Shown here: positions 33,009 through 42,603 of the stretch, in pieces
Layout: every line of letters begins with the position of its first letter
How positions within the stretch are numbered: position 1 is the first letter of the stretch
Source: Promethearchaeota archaeon
GTDB taxonomy: Archaea; Asgardarchaeota; Heimdallarchaeia; Hodarchaeales; Hodarchaeaceae
Assembly (NCBI GenBank): GCA_048938105.1
Contig: JBHLMN010000010.1
Coordinates: forward strand, 152,937-216,936
Reading direction: 5' to 3'
DNA: 64,000 nucleotides
Notes under the pieces: generated by a model
Database searches by the model: none
What the model saw: only the letters and a program-made list of their open reading frames with translations
What the model was told of the DNA's origin: nothing
Made by a program: the position numbers and the translations under genes

Positions 33009-33542
33009 AACTCAACAGTTTATATCCCCCTGAGTCTTAAATATCCGAAAAAAACTTCTTTGTCAAAATGAATTCTTGTATATTTTTTTCCTTATACCAA
33101 TCATATTGAGTACATGGGAGGCCTTGTAGGAATCATTTTAGGCACAGCTCAAACATCCAGCAGGTACTCCACGAATGCAATGTAATGCCTATGGACTATA
33201 TGTTTGTAAAGAAGCCATGGCACGATTGCTTGCCCGTGGGATTAAACCTAATCCTACAAACACTGCTCGAGAGGGTCGCTTCTCTAAAAAGCTGATTTAT
33301 GAGCGAGAAGACCTACGTGCCTTATTTGAGGATGACAAAGAGGAAAACGAAATATGAGGTATATTCCCCCTTTTATCTTCCCCTTCCCTCTTTTTTTCAA
33401 TTTTTTTATATAATTTAAATTAAATTTTAGTACTATGAATTTAGATTTTAGGATATATAAAAAATAAAATCCCTCTCCACTAGATTTTTTTTATTTTCTT
33501 TAATATAGATTCTGAATTTCAAGTAATTAGTTCTAGCTTGGT

Positions 33543-34535
33543 TTATACAGTAATCTCGATGCTAAGTTTCCGTACTAGCTCTTTGTAGCGGTTTCGGACA
33601 GTTACCTCCGTAACATGGGCTACTTCACTGATTTCCCGTTGTGTTCGTCGTTCTCCATTGATTATTCCCGAGATGTAGATTGCTGCTGCCGCAAGTCCCG
33701 TTGGGTCTTTTCCTGCTGTCAGTCCTGCCGCTTTTGCCCGTTTTAGGATAGAGGCGGCTTTTCGTTGACACACGCCTGACAGTCGTAGTTCTGTTCCGAA
33801 TCGCACTAGGTAGTCTATGGGTGACGCTAGTGGGATGTTCAGGTACAGTTCGCGGAGGAGCAGTCGATAACATCTGCCTAGTTCTTTTTTGGTGATCCGT
33901 GATTCTTTTGCGATTTCGTCCAATGTTCGGGGTACACGTCGTACTCGTGCGGATGCGTAGATGGTCGCCGCGACCATAGCTTCGATCGATCGTCCCCGTA
34001 CTAGGCGTTTTTCGATTGCTTTCCGGTAGATGATTGCTGCGGTTTCCTTTACATTTCGTGGGATTCCCAGCTGGCTTGCTAACCTGTCCATTTCGGACAT
34101 TGCGAATGCCAGGTTTCTGTCCATGGACGAGTGGACTCGGGTCCGTATCTGCCATTTTCTGAGTCGGTAGATTTGTGCTCGCCGTGATGCTGACAGTTTA
34201 TTGCCGAATGTGTCCCGATTTTCGTATCCTATGATGGTTGAGAGTCCTTTGTCGTGTACTGAGAATGTTGATGGTGATCCCACCCGACTTCGTTTATCTC
34301 GTTCTTCTGAGTTAAATGCCCGCCATTCGGGTCCTTCATCGATCAGTCGTGTTTCCAGTACGTACCCGCATTTTTCGCAGATCAGTTCTCCCCGGTTTTC
34401 ATCTGCTACGATATCGGTTGACCCGCAATTTTTGCATTCGAGGATTTCTTCTTCGTCTTCTGCCGCTGCCTTTTTTTGGGGTTTCTCCTTGTCCCCTTTT
34501 ATGAGTGCCATTCTCTGTGGGCTCCTTTTAATCAT
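33543..34535 (-). CDS. tfb: Transcription initiation factor IIB
   Basis: Zn ribbon CKNC..CEKC, GPEWRAF, HDKGLST, LVRGRSIE, GKDPTGLAAAAIY and TEVTVRNRYKEL. Confidence 0.98.
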   Translation of the reverse strand: MIKRSPQRMALIKGDKEKPQKKAAAEDEEEILECKNCGSTDIVADENRGELICEKCGYVLETRLIDEGPEWRAFNSEERDKRSRVGSPSTFSVHDKGLSTIIGYENRDTFGNKLSASRRAQIYRLRKWQIRTRVHSSMDRNLAFAMSEMDRLASQLGIPRNVKETAAIIYRKAIEKRLVRGRSIEAMVAATIYASARVRRVPRTLDEIAKESRITKKELGRCYRLLLRELYLNIPLASPIDYLVRFGTELRLSGVCQRKAASILKRAKAAGLTAGKDPTGLAAAAIYISGIINGERRTQREISEVAHVTEVTVRNRYKELVRKLSIEITV

Positions 34536-35015
34536 TATGGTGAGTAGTTTTTTCTTGCGTGTGGTCTTCTTCTCTTTCTTTTTCTATGTTGTAGAGTGTG
34601 GTGTCTCCCATTTTCTTCTTCGAGAGTGTTCTTTTAATCACACTCAACATCGGAAAAAGTAGTACGCCATTCTGGAGTTATAATACTCTCTTATTCCTTT
34701 ATTAGATCTCAGAAAATTATAATTTATAAACCTTTACATAGATTTTTATACTACATAGTAGTTATCTTGCGGTCACGCCTTGCTTGAGCTCTAGTGGGCG
34801 TTATGGGGGATTTTCCTTTGGTATTTCTTTCGTTGGGGCTCGTCTTTTCGCTCTCTCTCGACTTGATGTCTATTCTGTTCTTTTGTCGGGACTGTTTTTG
34901 TTGTTCTCGGTTTTGTTTGCCTTTCTTTCTCTGGAAGGGGATTTTGTTGTCTCTGTTTCCAGTCTCTTCATCGATCCTTTGGATTTGTTCACCCAGTATG
35001 TGTTTAAGAATTTAC

Positions 35016-35151
35016 CCTTACGATGATAGTAATATGTTTTTCTCGACCGATTTCTCCGTGTTTTCTTTGGTCAGGTGCGCTGGGACTTTTCCCTATTTTC
35101 TCTTTTCTTTTTTGACCTGTCTTGATGATGTTTGATGTCGTATAACGTTGG
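35016..35151 (+). repeat. Dispersed repeat copy 1 (136 bp) ending in dif-like site A
   Basis: Highly similar to 36176-36311; 3' part also at 47734-47810. Confidence 0.9.
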
Positions 35152-35162
35152 ATAATGGAATA
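35135..35162 (+). other. dif-like site A: ATGTCGTATAA-CGTTGG-ATAATGGAATA
   Basis: 11-6-11 layout; left arm 10/11 identical to the XerC-type arm ATTTCGTATAA. Confidence 0.7.
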
Positions 35163-35296
35163 AACGTTCCGAACACATGTTAAGATGAATATCAAACTTT
35201 TGAGTCGCATCCATAATTCAGGGAGGGATAGCTATTTTGGACCATATTTTTATTGAGTAATGGCCAGAGTAGTCCTGACGCGAGTAAAAATTCAAA

Positions 35297-35324
35297 ATGC
35301 TCTTGAACCTTGGTACTATACCAA
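35297..35324 (+). other. dif-like site B: ATGCTCTTGAA-CCTTGG-TACTATACCAA
   Basis: Left arm resembles that of site G (TCTTGAA); 13 bp from the vapC stop. Confidence 0.5.
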
Positions 35325-35337
35325 TCTACATCTAGAT

Positions 35338-35760
35338 TTATTCCATTACTCGCGTGAGATTAAAAGTATCGAAATGCTTGTCAAAACTATAGATTTCAGT
35401 GAGATTCAAGCGGTCCATCAAAATTTTGGCTAACGAGTCATTAATCCCTACTTTATATCGTTGAGCGAGAACAGTGGCCCCTTGATAGTCACTATGGGGC
35501 ACATCGAGGACTGTAATCGATTCCTTTGTTAATAGATCATAAATGAATTGAGACGATTCACTATAACTCTTACGAGATTCTAAGATGTTTGCTACTTCTG
35601 ATAAATGTACAACACTAGTGACGACGTTTTCTCCATTATCCACTCGTGTGATAATCTCCCTCGCGACAGTTTTTATTCTTTCGAGATGTTTTGGGAGCTC
35701 TTGGATGGGCTCCAGAACCGCATATAAAAATATCGAAGCATCAATAAAACGAAGTTTCAT
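35338..35760 (-). CDS. vapC: PIN-domain toxin (VapC-like)
   Basis: FIDASIFLY, SEV, INDS and IYSFDKHFD motifs. Confidence 0.9.
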   Translation of the reverse strand: MKLRFIDASIFLYAVLEPIQELPKHLERIKTVAREIITRVDNGENVVTSVVHLSEVANILESRKSYSESSQFIYDLLTKESITVLDVPHSDYQGATVLAQRYKVGINDSLAKILMDRLNLTEIYSFDKHFDTFNLTRVME

Positions 35761-35996
35761 GCTTTGTCTCCACTAAGTAAATACTCCTTTAATTTATGGT
35801 AATCCGAATAGACTTCGGGGGGTATTTCAACCTTAAGGAATTGAAAATACTTTTGTAAATTGGGGTCATCTTTAGGGATGACTAAGAGAAGATCACCATC
35901 TTCAACTAGAAAAACTTCGTTTGATTGGATCTTTTTACGCCATTCAGGAGGTAAAACAACTCGCCCTTGAGAATCGATACGTTTAAGCTCAATCAT
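35757..35996 (-). CDS. AbrB/MazE-type antitoxin (start reassigned to MIELK)
   Basis: KRIDSQGRVVLPPEWRK motif; overlaps the PIN gene start. Confidence 0.85.
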   Translation of the reverse strand: MIELKRIDSQGRVVLPPEWRKKIQSNEVFLVEDGDLLLVIPKDDPNLQKYFQFLKVEIPPEVYSDYHKLKEYLLSGDKA

Positions 35997-36175
35997 AATG
36001 AACCCATATTCTAATGTCATTCCCCACTTTATAAAGCTGATCCCCAATTGTTCTTCGTGATTACCATGTAACTTTATATGAAATATTAATCTAAATCGAT
36101 ATTGAATTGGTGGGTTTCGTATCTTCATTCCAGTCATCTTAACTATCACTTTGATGCTCTTTCAACAAAAAAAAG

Positions 36176-36311
36176 CCTTACGATGATAGTAGTATGTTTT
36201 TCTCGACGAGCTCTCCTTGTTTTCCTTGGTCTTGTACGCTGGGCCTTTTCCCCTGTTTTCTCTTTTCTTGTTTGACCTGTCTTGATGATGTTTGATGTCG
36301 TATAGCGTTGG
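36176..36311 (+). repeat. Dispersed repeat copy 2 ending in dif-like site C
   Basis: Direct repeat of 35016-35151. Confidence 0.9.
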
Positions 36312-36322
36312 TCAAATACATT
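36295..36322 (+). other. dif-like site C: ATGTCGTATAG-CGTTGG-TCAAATACATT
   Basis: Repeat homology stops exactly after the CGTTGG spacer. Confidence 0.65.
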
Positions 36323-36474
36323 AAGGTTATTATAGAAAAAATATATCTTTGAATTTAATTTTAGAATTAATTCTGAAAAATCCCATTAATTCTCTTTATT
36401 TTGATTGAGCCAGTGAATTCTATTTTGTGCTTTGGATAAATGGTTTTAATTTTTCAATAAAAGTTAAAGAACAG

Positions 36475-36502
36475 TTCTGAAGAAACGTTGGGTAGGTCTA
36501 TT
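36475..36502 (+). other. dif-like site D: TTCTGAAGAAA-CGTTGG-GTAGGTCTATT
   Basis: About 38 bp ending in this spacer are duplicated at ~39967-40005; abuts the MFS stop codon. Confidence 0.55.
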
Positions 36503-37805
36503 TTCTAAGAATGACAAAAATTATAGAGAGAAAACTCGCACCAATTAGACAAAATCCTCCAATATTTGTTACAAAAGATAAAGATTGGCCATTGATAAGG
36601 AGTAATGAGCCAAAAAATGATCCAATTCCGAAAGACATAATTCCAATCGTTTGTAATGTACTAATAATGGTTTCTTGTTGCATATTATGCTCGTGTGGGT
36701 GATCATGAATTCCTATAACGATGGAAGCACTTCCACTAAAGCCTAAATCAAGATGTTTATGAGAATGAGAATAACCTTGAGTTACTTCTATTTCTAATAC
36801 AGCTTTATTTCGTGCTGGTTCTAAAAAACCTTCTGCAAGCCCTGCTAAGAATAAGATTAAAAACAAGTAGAGAATAATACTGATTTCTGGATAAAAGAAA
36901 ACCACGATCCCTTTTGCTAACAGACTAAAGATTAATGGTAATGATGATCCAACCTTGTCAACCAAGCGTCCTGTAAATATTTGGCTAATCCCCCATGTTA
37001 TATCTCCCACTAAATATCCTAAACTAATACCAACCTCAGATATTCCTCCTTGCTGATTCAATAAGATAGAAAGATTAGGTGTATAAATTCCATGTGCAAA
37101 ATCATAAATAATGTAAATTAGTATTACCAATAAAATAGAAGGACCCATAAGGAGAGTTCGTATTCCCTGTTTGATGTGGAAATGTTGCCATTTCCATCCA
37201 TTTAAAGACTTGGATTTTGATTGATTTTCCCTGACTCTAATTAAATTAAGGATAATAATCAAAATGAATGTTATTATAAACATTAAACCAGAAACTATCT
37301 GTATTGACTGATCTGCTGGTATTTGATATTCTAAAAGTATTGCCCAAAATATTCCTGCAACCCCTTGCCCTAAAGCCAGTCCACTAAGTACCGCAGCAAA
37401 AAGATTTCCAAGAACTTCGCCCTCTCTTTTTTCAAAGTTTGAAGCGAGAGCTATAATTCCTAAAAAGATGAACCCATACCCTAGTCCATCGAAAATCCTG
37501 ATAAGAGTAAGGATATAAGGGTCACTCAAGATAGTCATTGAACCCGTTATAAGAAGAACTGATAATCCTCCTAACAGGAAGCGATGAGTATTTGATATAA
37601 TAATTTTACAAAGTACCATAAAACTGATAATCTGGCCGATTGAGAAGAGTGTACTTGCTATTGAGATTAGAGAAACATCCCCTCCAATATTAATAACCTG
37701 AAAAGGGAATAAAAATCGAAAACACCCCAAACTTAATGAAATCCCAAAAAGCAGTAAAAAATATTTCTGTATGTTTTTATCAGTCAAGATCAACCAAGAA
37801 GACAA
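36498..37805 (-). CDS. MFS transporter with His-rich loop
   Basis: GRLVDKVG motif A; HSHKH...HDHPHEH insert. Confidence 0.85.
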   Translation of the reverse strand: MSSWLILTDKNIQKYFLLLFGISLSLGCFRFLFPFQVINIGGDVSLISIASTLFSIGQIISFMVLCKIIISNTHRFLLGGLSVLLITGSMTILSDPYILTLIRIFDGLGYGFIFLGIIALASNFEKREGEVLGNLFAAVLSGLALGQGVAGIFWAILLEYQIPADQSIQIVSGLMFIITFILIIILNLIRVRENQSKSKSLNGWKWQHFHIKQGIRTLLMGPSILLVILIYIIYDFAHGIYTPNLSILLNQQGGISEVGISLGYLVGDITWGISQIFTGRLVDKVGSSLPLIFSLLAKGIVVFFYPEISIILYLFLILFLAGLAEGFLEPARNKAVLEIEVTQGYSHSHKHLDLGFSGSASIVIGIHDHPHEHNMQQETIISTLQTIGIMSFGIGSFFGSLLLINGQSLSFVTNIGGFCLIGASFLSIIFVILRK

Positions 37806-38009
37806 AATAGCTAGTTCCTATCAATTTTAAATGATAAATAATATTATAATGAGGACATTTATCCTTTGATTATATATTGTATATCTGGAACAGGAGGAAG
37901 ATCTGGTTTTCAGGGCTGATATAGAATTCTTTAATCTTCAAAAAACTTTTTGTCTTCTTTTTTTAAGTTTCTATGATCAATTCTACAAGAAAATCATCAC
38001 AAGAAGGAA

Positions 38010-38534
38010 GTGATTCTCATGATTTGGGTAACAAGAAATTATGTCCATGTAGACAGAGTTGCATGTCCTTGGTTGATTCAACGATTTGTAGATAAGGATG
38101 CAGAATTCCTGTTTGTTCCTGCGAATGAGGTAGAGACAGTGGCAAATGCGGTCGGAGGAGTTCCATTTGATATTCCAGGGGTAGAATTAACCCATAGGGG
38201 AAAGGAATGCTCCTTCGATGCAATTATTCAAAAATATAAGTTAATAGAATCCGCTCTACTAGATCTCGCAGAAGTTGTTAGAATTGCAGATACAGGTGGA
38301 GAAGATCCTAATCTGATTGCTGCAGGTTTGGACGCCATCGCTACTGGCGTCCCTCTGATCACTACAAATGATCATGCTGCCCTTCAACAACAGATGGTTG
38401 TCTATGATGCTCTATTAGCCTTCTTCCGATACAAAAGATTGATGGCACAATATGTGGATGAAACGAAGAATATGACCCGAGCAGAACGAAAAGCCTTCTA
38501 TCAGAAGCATTATGGAACCAATGTTGATACTTAA
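38010..38534 (+). CDS. ChrB-domain (chromate resistance) protein
   Basis: WVTR..HVDRVACPWLI.RFVD.DAEF; THRG..CSFDAI; RIADT. Confidence 0.88.
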   Translation: MILMIWVTRNYVHVDRVACPWLIQRFVDKDAEFLFVPANEVETVANAVGGVPFDIPGVELTHRGKECSFDAIIQKYKLIESALLDLAEVVRIADTGGEDPNLIAAGLDAIATGVPLITTNDHAALQQQMVVYDALLAFFRYKRLMAQYVDETKNMTRAERKAFYQKHYGTNVDT

Positions 38535-38614
38535 GAAAGGGATAACCAGAAATTGTGAAGTATGCATAACATAATTGTTAAGGTTAGTCAGGGTCACCAA
38601 AACGGACATGGTTA

Positions 38615-39832
38615 GTGATGGGGTCAAAGCAAGTTCATTCCACCTTTTCTCAGCGTTCATTTTATGTTATTTGCATCATGGGAACGATTGCCATTCTTAG
38701 TAGTACCATGGCAAAAAATCCCACTCTTCCCCTCTTTGCTGGTCAATTGGGCGCAACAGAATGGCAACTTGGGATCATCGCGGCAATTGGGCCAATTCCT
38801 GGCATACTCTTGAGTGCACCTGCCGGAGTATTCGCCGACCGCTGGGGACGGATTCAAATGATACAACTATCACTATTCTTTTTTGCTACTGCTCCCCTTT
38901 TTTATCTATTTGTGACAGAACCTTGGCAACTCGTCCCAGTACGATTCTTTCACGGGCTAGCGACTGCTATTTTCGGCCCAGTAATCTTATCACTTATTGC
39001 TTCGTACTATCCGTTCGAACGAGCAAGTCGAATGAGTCTGTATTCATCCGTGACCATGATAGGCCGAGTAATGGCCCCCCTATTTGCGGGGTTTTTAATT
39101 TCTATAGGGTCAATTTTTGTAGTCTACTTAGTTTGTGGTATTTCTGGGGGTTTAGCCCTGTTCCTAGGACTGACCTTACCTCGCCAGCTCCTAGACCAAC
39201 CAAACCAAGCTGATTCTCTAAGGACAAGTCCTGTGGCTAGTTTATGGAGTACAATCCGTAATCATAACATTTTGGTAACTAGTTCTATGGAAGCAGTGCA
39301 ATTCTTTGCTATAGGGGCATTTGAAACCTTTTTGCCTAAACGAATGGAATCTTTTGAATGGGATCCAATGTTCATAGGTATTGTTATGGCTTGTCAAATT
39401 AGCGCGATGATTCTTTTTAAGCCCCTTATGGGAATGGTATCCGATAAGTGGCAGAGAAAACCTCTCATTGTCATTGGCCTATTGATCTGCGCAAGTTCTT
39501 TTCTACTCCTCGGATCTTTTCAAAATTTCGTGATCATCAGTGTAGGTTCACTTGGTTTTGGAGCGGGAGTTGCCATAGCAACTGCATCGACTACAGCTCT
39601 GGTTTCAGATTTCAGTAAAGAACGGGAATATGGTTCAGCAATTGGAACCCTATCATCAATTATGGATGTGGGTCATTCACTTGGGCCTTTTGTATGTGGA
39701 TTTGCTATCAGTAGCATGGGCTTTTCCACAACATGTGTGGGCGTAGCCCTACTTATCGTCATTGGTACAATTATTTTTACCATTTTAGTTCAATCCCCCT
39801 CTGTTCAAACTTCCCCTCAACCCCTCACCTAA
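38615..39832 (+). CDS. MFS transporter
   Basis: GVFADRWGR and GMVSDKWQRK motif A; about 12 TMs. Confidence 0.92.
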   Translation: MMGSKQVHSTFSQRSFYVICIMGTIAILSSTMAKNPTLPLFAGQLGATEWQLGIIAAIGPIPGILLSAPAGVFADRWGRIQMIQLSLFFFATAPLFYLFVTEPWQLVPVRFFHGLATAIFGPVILSLIASYYPFERASRMSLYSSVTMIGRVMAPLFAGFLISIGSIFVVYLVCGISGGLALFLGLTLPRQLLDQPNQADSLRTSPVASLWSTIRNHNILVTSSMEAVQFFAIGAFETFLPKRMESFEWDPMFIGIVMACQISAMILFKPLMGMVSDKWQRKPLIVIGLLICASSFLLLGSFQNFVIISVGSLGFGAGVAIATASTTALVSDFSKEREYGSAIGTLSSIMDVGHSLGPFVCGFAISSMGFSTTCVGVALLIVIGTIIFTILVQSPSVQTSPQPLT

Positions 39833-39990
39833 AAAATTCGAAAAATATGTGTAGAGTGATTCAAGCAGAAGAAGTCCAACAATATTCATGATATCCCAAT
39901 TAATGTGCCAGAAACCAACTGCTACAAAATTATCCCCAAAGGTTAGAACAATGTAGTTACAAAAAATTTTCAATAAAAGTTAAAGAACAG

Positions 39991-40018
39991 TTCTGAAGAT
40001 ACGTTAGATAATGAAATC
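39991..40018 (+). other. dif-like site E: TTCTGAAGATA-CGTTAG-ATAATGAAATC
   Basis: Left flank shared with site D; right arm resembles that of site A. Confidence 0.6.
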
Positions 40019-40072
40019 AATGTTAAGACTAATGGTCAAACATCTATTACTGTGTCTAGTATTTATCTGGTA

Positions 40073-40921
40073 CTAATCCCGTCTAGCACTTGATAACATT
40101 TTCACCCATTCAGGGTCTCTATGATTAAAAAAGGCACTCTTTTTCTGATCTAGAGATGTAATTTTACTCATATCTTCCTTGTTCAATTCAAAATTAAAAA
40201 CGTTGAAATTCTCAATTATCCTCTCCTTGTGAACTGATTTGGGAATTGCAATTACGTCTCTCTGGATAAGCCATCGCAAAGTCACCTGGGCATTTGATTT
40301 ATTATACTTTTCACCAATTGAAGCTAGTACCTCATTTTGGAACAAGTTGTTTCTTCCCTCAGCGAATGGACCCCAGGACTCAATCTGAACATTATATTCC
40401 TGCATTATTTTCTCACTCTCTATCTGTTGGTTAAAAGGATGAGTCTCGACCTGGTTAACTGCAGGAGTTATATTATTGTGAAGTATAAAATCAATTAAAC
40501 GATTAGGATAAAAATTGCTAACACCAATAACTCTGATTTTTCCTTCCTCGTATAGTTCTTCCATTGCACGCCAGGATCCATACACATCACCAAAAGGTTG
40601 ATGAATAAGATAGAGATCAACATAATCCATTTCTAACCTGTTTAATGATTTTTCAAACTGTTGTTTGGTATTATTATAATTCGCATATGGACTCCAGAGT
40701 TTAGTAGTTATGAATAGTTCATCTCGGGGAATTGAGCTTGACTGAACGGCTTTTCCAACCGCGTTTTCATTTCCATATGCAAAAGCGGTATCAATTAATC
40801 GGTATCCAGTATCAATCGCTGTTCTAACGCTCTGTTCACATAATTTAAGGTCTTTTATCTGGTAGACCCCAAATCCCAATATGGGCATTTTAATTCCGTT
40901 GTTAAGTGTTATAAATTTCAA
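40073..40921 (-). CDS. Aldo/keto reductase (2,5-diketo-D-gluconate reductase-like)
   Basis: GYRLIDTA..Y, TTKLW, DLYLIH, IGVSNF and IPKS motifs. Confidence 0.95.
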   Translation of the reverse strand: MKFITLNNGIKMPILGFGVYQIKDLKLCEQSVRTAIDTGYRLIDTAFAYGNENAVGKAVQSSSIPRDELFITTKLWSPYANYNNTKQQFEKSLNRLEMDYVDLYLIHQPFGDVYGSWRAMEELYEEGKIRVIGVSNFYPNRLIDFILHNNITPAVNQVETHPFNQQIESEKIMQEYNVQIESWGPFAEGRNNLFQNEVLASIGEKYNKSNAQVTLRWLIQRDVIAIPKSVHKERIIENFNVFNFELNKEDMSKITSLDQKKSAFFNHRDPEWVKMLSSARRD

Positions 40922-40997
40922 TGGATATTCCTTCTAACTTCGTTCTTATTAGTTATTCTAGTAATCACATATAAATTTTAAGTACGAGATTATAATA

Positions 40998-41025
40998 AAC
41001 ATATAATACAATGGCTATCATGTCC
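40998..41025 (+). other. Possible dif-like site F: AACATATATAA-CAATGG-CTATCATGTCC
   Basis: TATAA followed by a spacer one mismatch from CATTGG; weak right arm. Confidence 0.3.
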
Positions 41026-41095
41026 AACCTTCTTGTAGCGAGAAGTATCTCTTTTCGAGACCAACCATAAGTTCTCAGATTAAGACTAGGTTATT

Positions 41096-41123
41096 CATGT
41101 CTTGAACATTGGTTATACGACAT
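41096..41123 (+). other. dif-like site G: CATGTCTTGAA-CATTGG-TTATACGACAT
   Basis: Right arm is the exact reverse complement of the site A left arm. Confidence 0.7.
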
Positions 41124-41247
41124 TCTACTCAAATAGAAGTAATTTTCCATCATCCAGCTTAGCTACTTTATTCACAATATACAGATAAGACTTTAATAAA
41201 AAGAATTGTAAAATCTGCACTAAAAAAAACAGCCATTCCCTCCTCAA

Positions 41248-41430
41248 CTAATACAGGACATTCTTTGACTTATGAAGAACCAGTGTGACGTAGTATATCT
41301 GATAATTTCGCATTGGGATGGTAATACTTTTTCTCATAAGCCACAATCTCACCGTGGATAACCCTCTCAGACACCACTGAAAACAGGCGATACAATTTTC
41401 GCAGTGGTGCAGCCACACGGGTTTATGCAT
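41248..41430 (-). pseudogene. Remnant of an EFR1-type ferredoxin C-terminus
   Basis: KPVWLHHCENCIACFQWC, then loss of similarity; no N-terminal flavodoxin part. Confidence 0.5.
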
Positions 41431-41647
41431 GATTTTAACCTACATATAATTAAGTTATTTGATAATTGATACAATAGATCACTTCAAAGTCGTTTAACAA
41501 GTGACTTAAGTAATATGAAGAATTAGATGGATGTTTTTATTTAAATTATTTCATAAGATCGGTTTCTTTAAATAGGAAAAGACACAAAACCAAACTTGAG
41601 AAAATTTAATAATAATCGATATGGAAGATTGAAGGGGTCATTTCTAG

Positions 41648-42358
41648 ATGAAAACTATACAAAAAATGACTCTTAAAAGAGGATGGCCTCTAATTATTTT
41701 CGCAATTATTTTACTTTCTGGATGTGTGGGGCCTGCAGCACCAGAACGAAAACCACTGGAGAAAGTTATTAACAGGGAAGCAGAGAATGAGGAGGGATAT
41801 GAGGTTATTGCATTCGTAGAGAGAGCTGATGTTTTAGATTTCCTTATTGTTGAAGCTAATGACACAACAATGACAAGTATTAACAATTCTCAATATGATA
41901 AATTATTCATACAAAATATTTCTCAAACATTGTTAGATATTGAACAAAGTTATTTTCATTCCTCACATTATCAAGGATTCCTTAATTATTCAATAATCGC
42001 CAAATTTATTTCAATAAAAAATTACACTGAGATTAGTACACTTATAATGAAACAACTACGTAACTTTTTAGTTCCTAATACAAGCGGTTGTGTGGGTTAT
42101 ATTCCTAAAAAACTAGGAATAAATAATACTCAGATTGAAGAACTTTCATTAGAAAATGACTTGATTAACGTTTTAAGCAAAACAAATCTATCTAAGAGTC
42201 TTTGGTTAGTTACCGTAGGGATTCATTTTTGGTATCTTGATGCAGCATATAGAATGGGCCGATGGGAAACTTCTGTTTATTGTTCAGAAATTTGCTTATT
42301 AGATCCTGCTTTAAATTTCGCCGCTATTTTTACCATAAGATCGTCTAATTCCCTTTGA
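41648..42358 (+). CDS. Hypothetical lipoprotein
   Basis: Lipobox-like LLSGC after a signal peptide. Confidence 0.7.
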   Translation: MKTIQKMTLKRGWPLIIFAIILLSGCVGPAAPERKPLEKVINREAENEEGYEVIAFVERADVLDFLIVEANDTTMTSINNSQYDKLFIQNISQTLLDIEQSYFHSSHYQGFLNYSIIAKFISIKNYTEISTLIMKQLRNFLVPNTSGCVGYIPKKLGINNTQIEELSLENDLINVLSKTNLSKSLWLVTVGIHFWYLDAAYRMGRWETSVYCSEICLLDPALNFAAIFTIRSSNSL

Positions 42359-42447
42359 GGCTCTTGGGCAAATTTTAATTAATGGATTGATCATATTCAT
42401 CTAGAAAGAAAAGATAAAAATAGTAACCGAAATGTCATTCTTTGTTG

Positions 42448-42528
42448 TTGTTAAGAAACGTTGGTTTTATTCATTCTTTAATTAAAAGTTAATTAATAAG
42501 ATGTCAAAAAGTGTTGGAAATTCACACT
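42448..42528 (+). other. Pair of degenerate dif-like sites H (TTGTTAAGAAA-CGTTGG) and H2 (ATGTCAAAAAG-TGTTGG), 53 bp apart
   Basis: Left arms resemble those of sites D and A; spacing matches the 52-bp units. Confidence 0.45.
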
Positions 42529-42603
42529 AACCTCCGTAAATTCCAATTAACTTGTAAAAAATTCATATAACTAGCAGAAGACTACCTCATTTAGAGCTGT
42601 TTA

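Noticed and set aside
34760-35110. tRNA, SRP or RNase P RNA upstream of tfb (GC-richer hairpin near 34775-34801; GGGAAAAGTCCC on the minus strand)
   Set aside because: No cloverleaf or T-loop, no SRP helix 8 and no RNase P 3' P4 strand could be found by eye; an Infernal search would settle it
33625-35210. Alternative-frame ORFs overlapping and upstream of tfb (33625-34155, 34201-34662, 34784-35026, 34794-35135, 35004-35210)
   Set aside because: Explained by the extreme base skew suppressing stop codons; low-complexity translations
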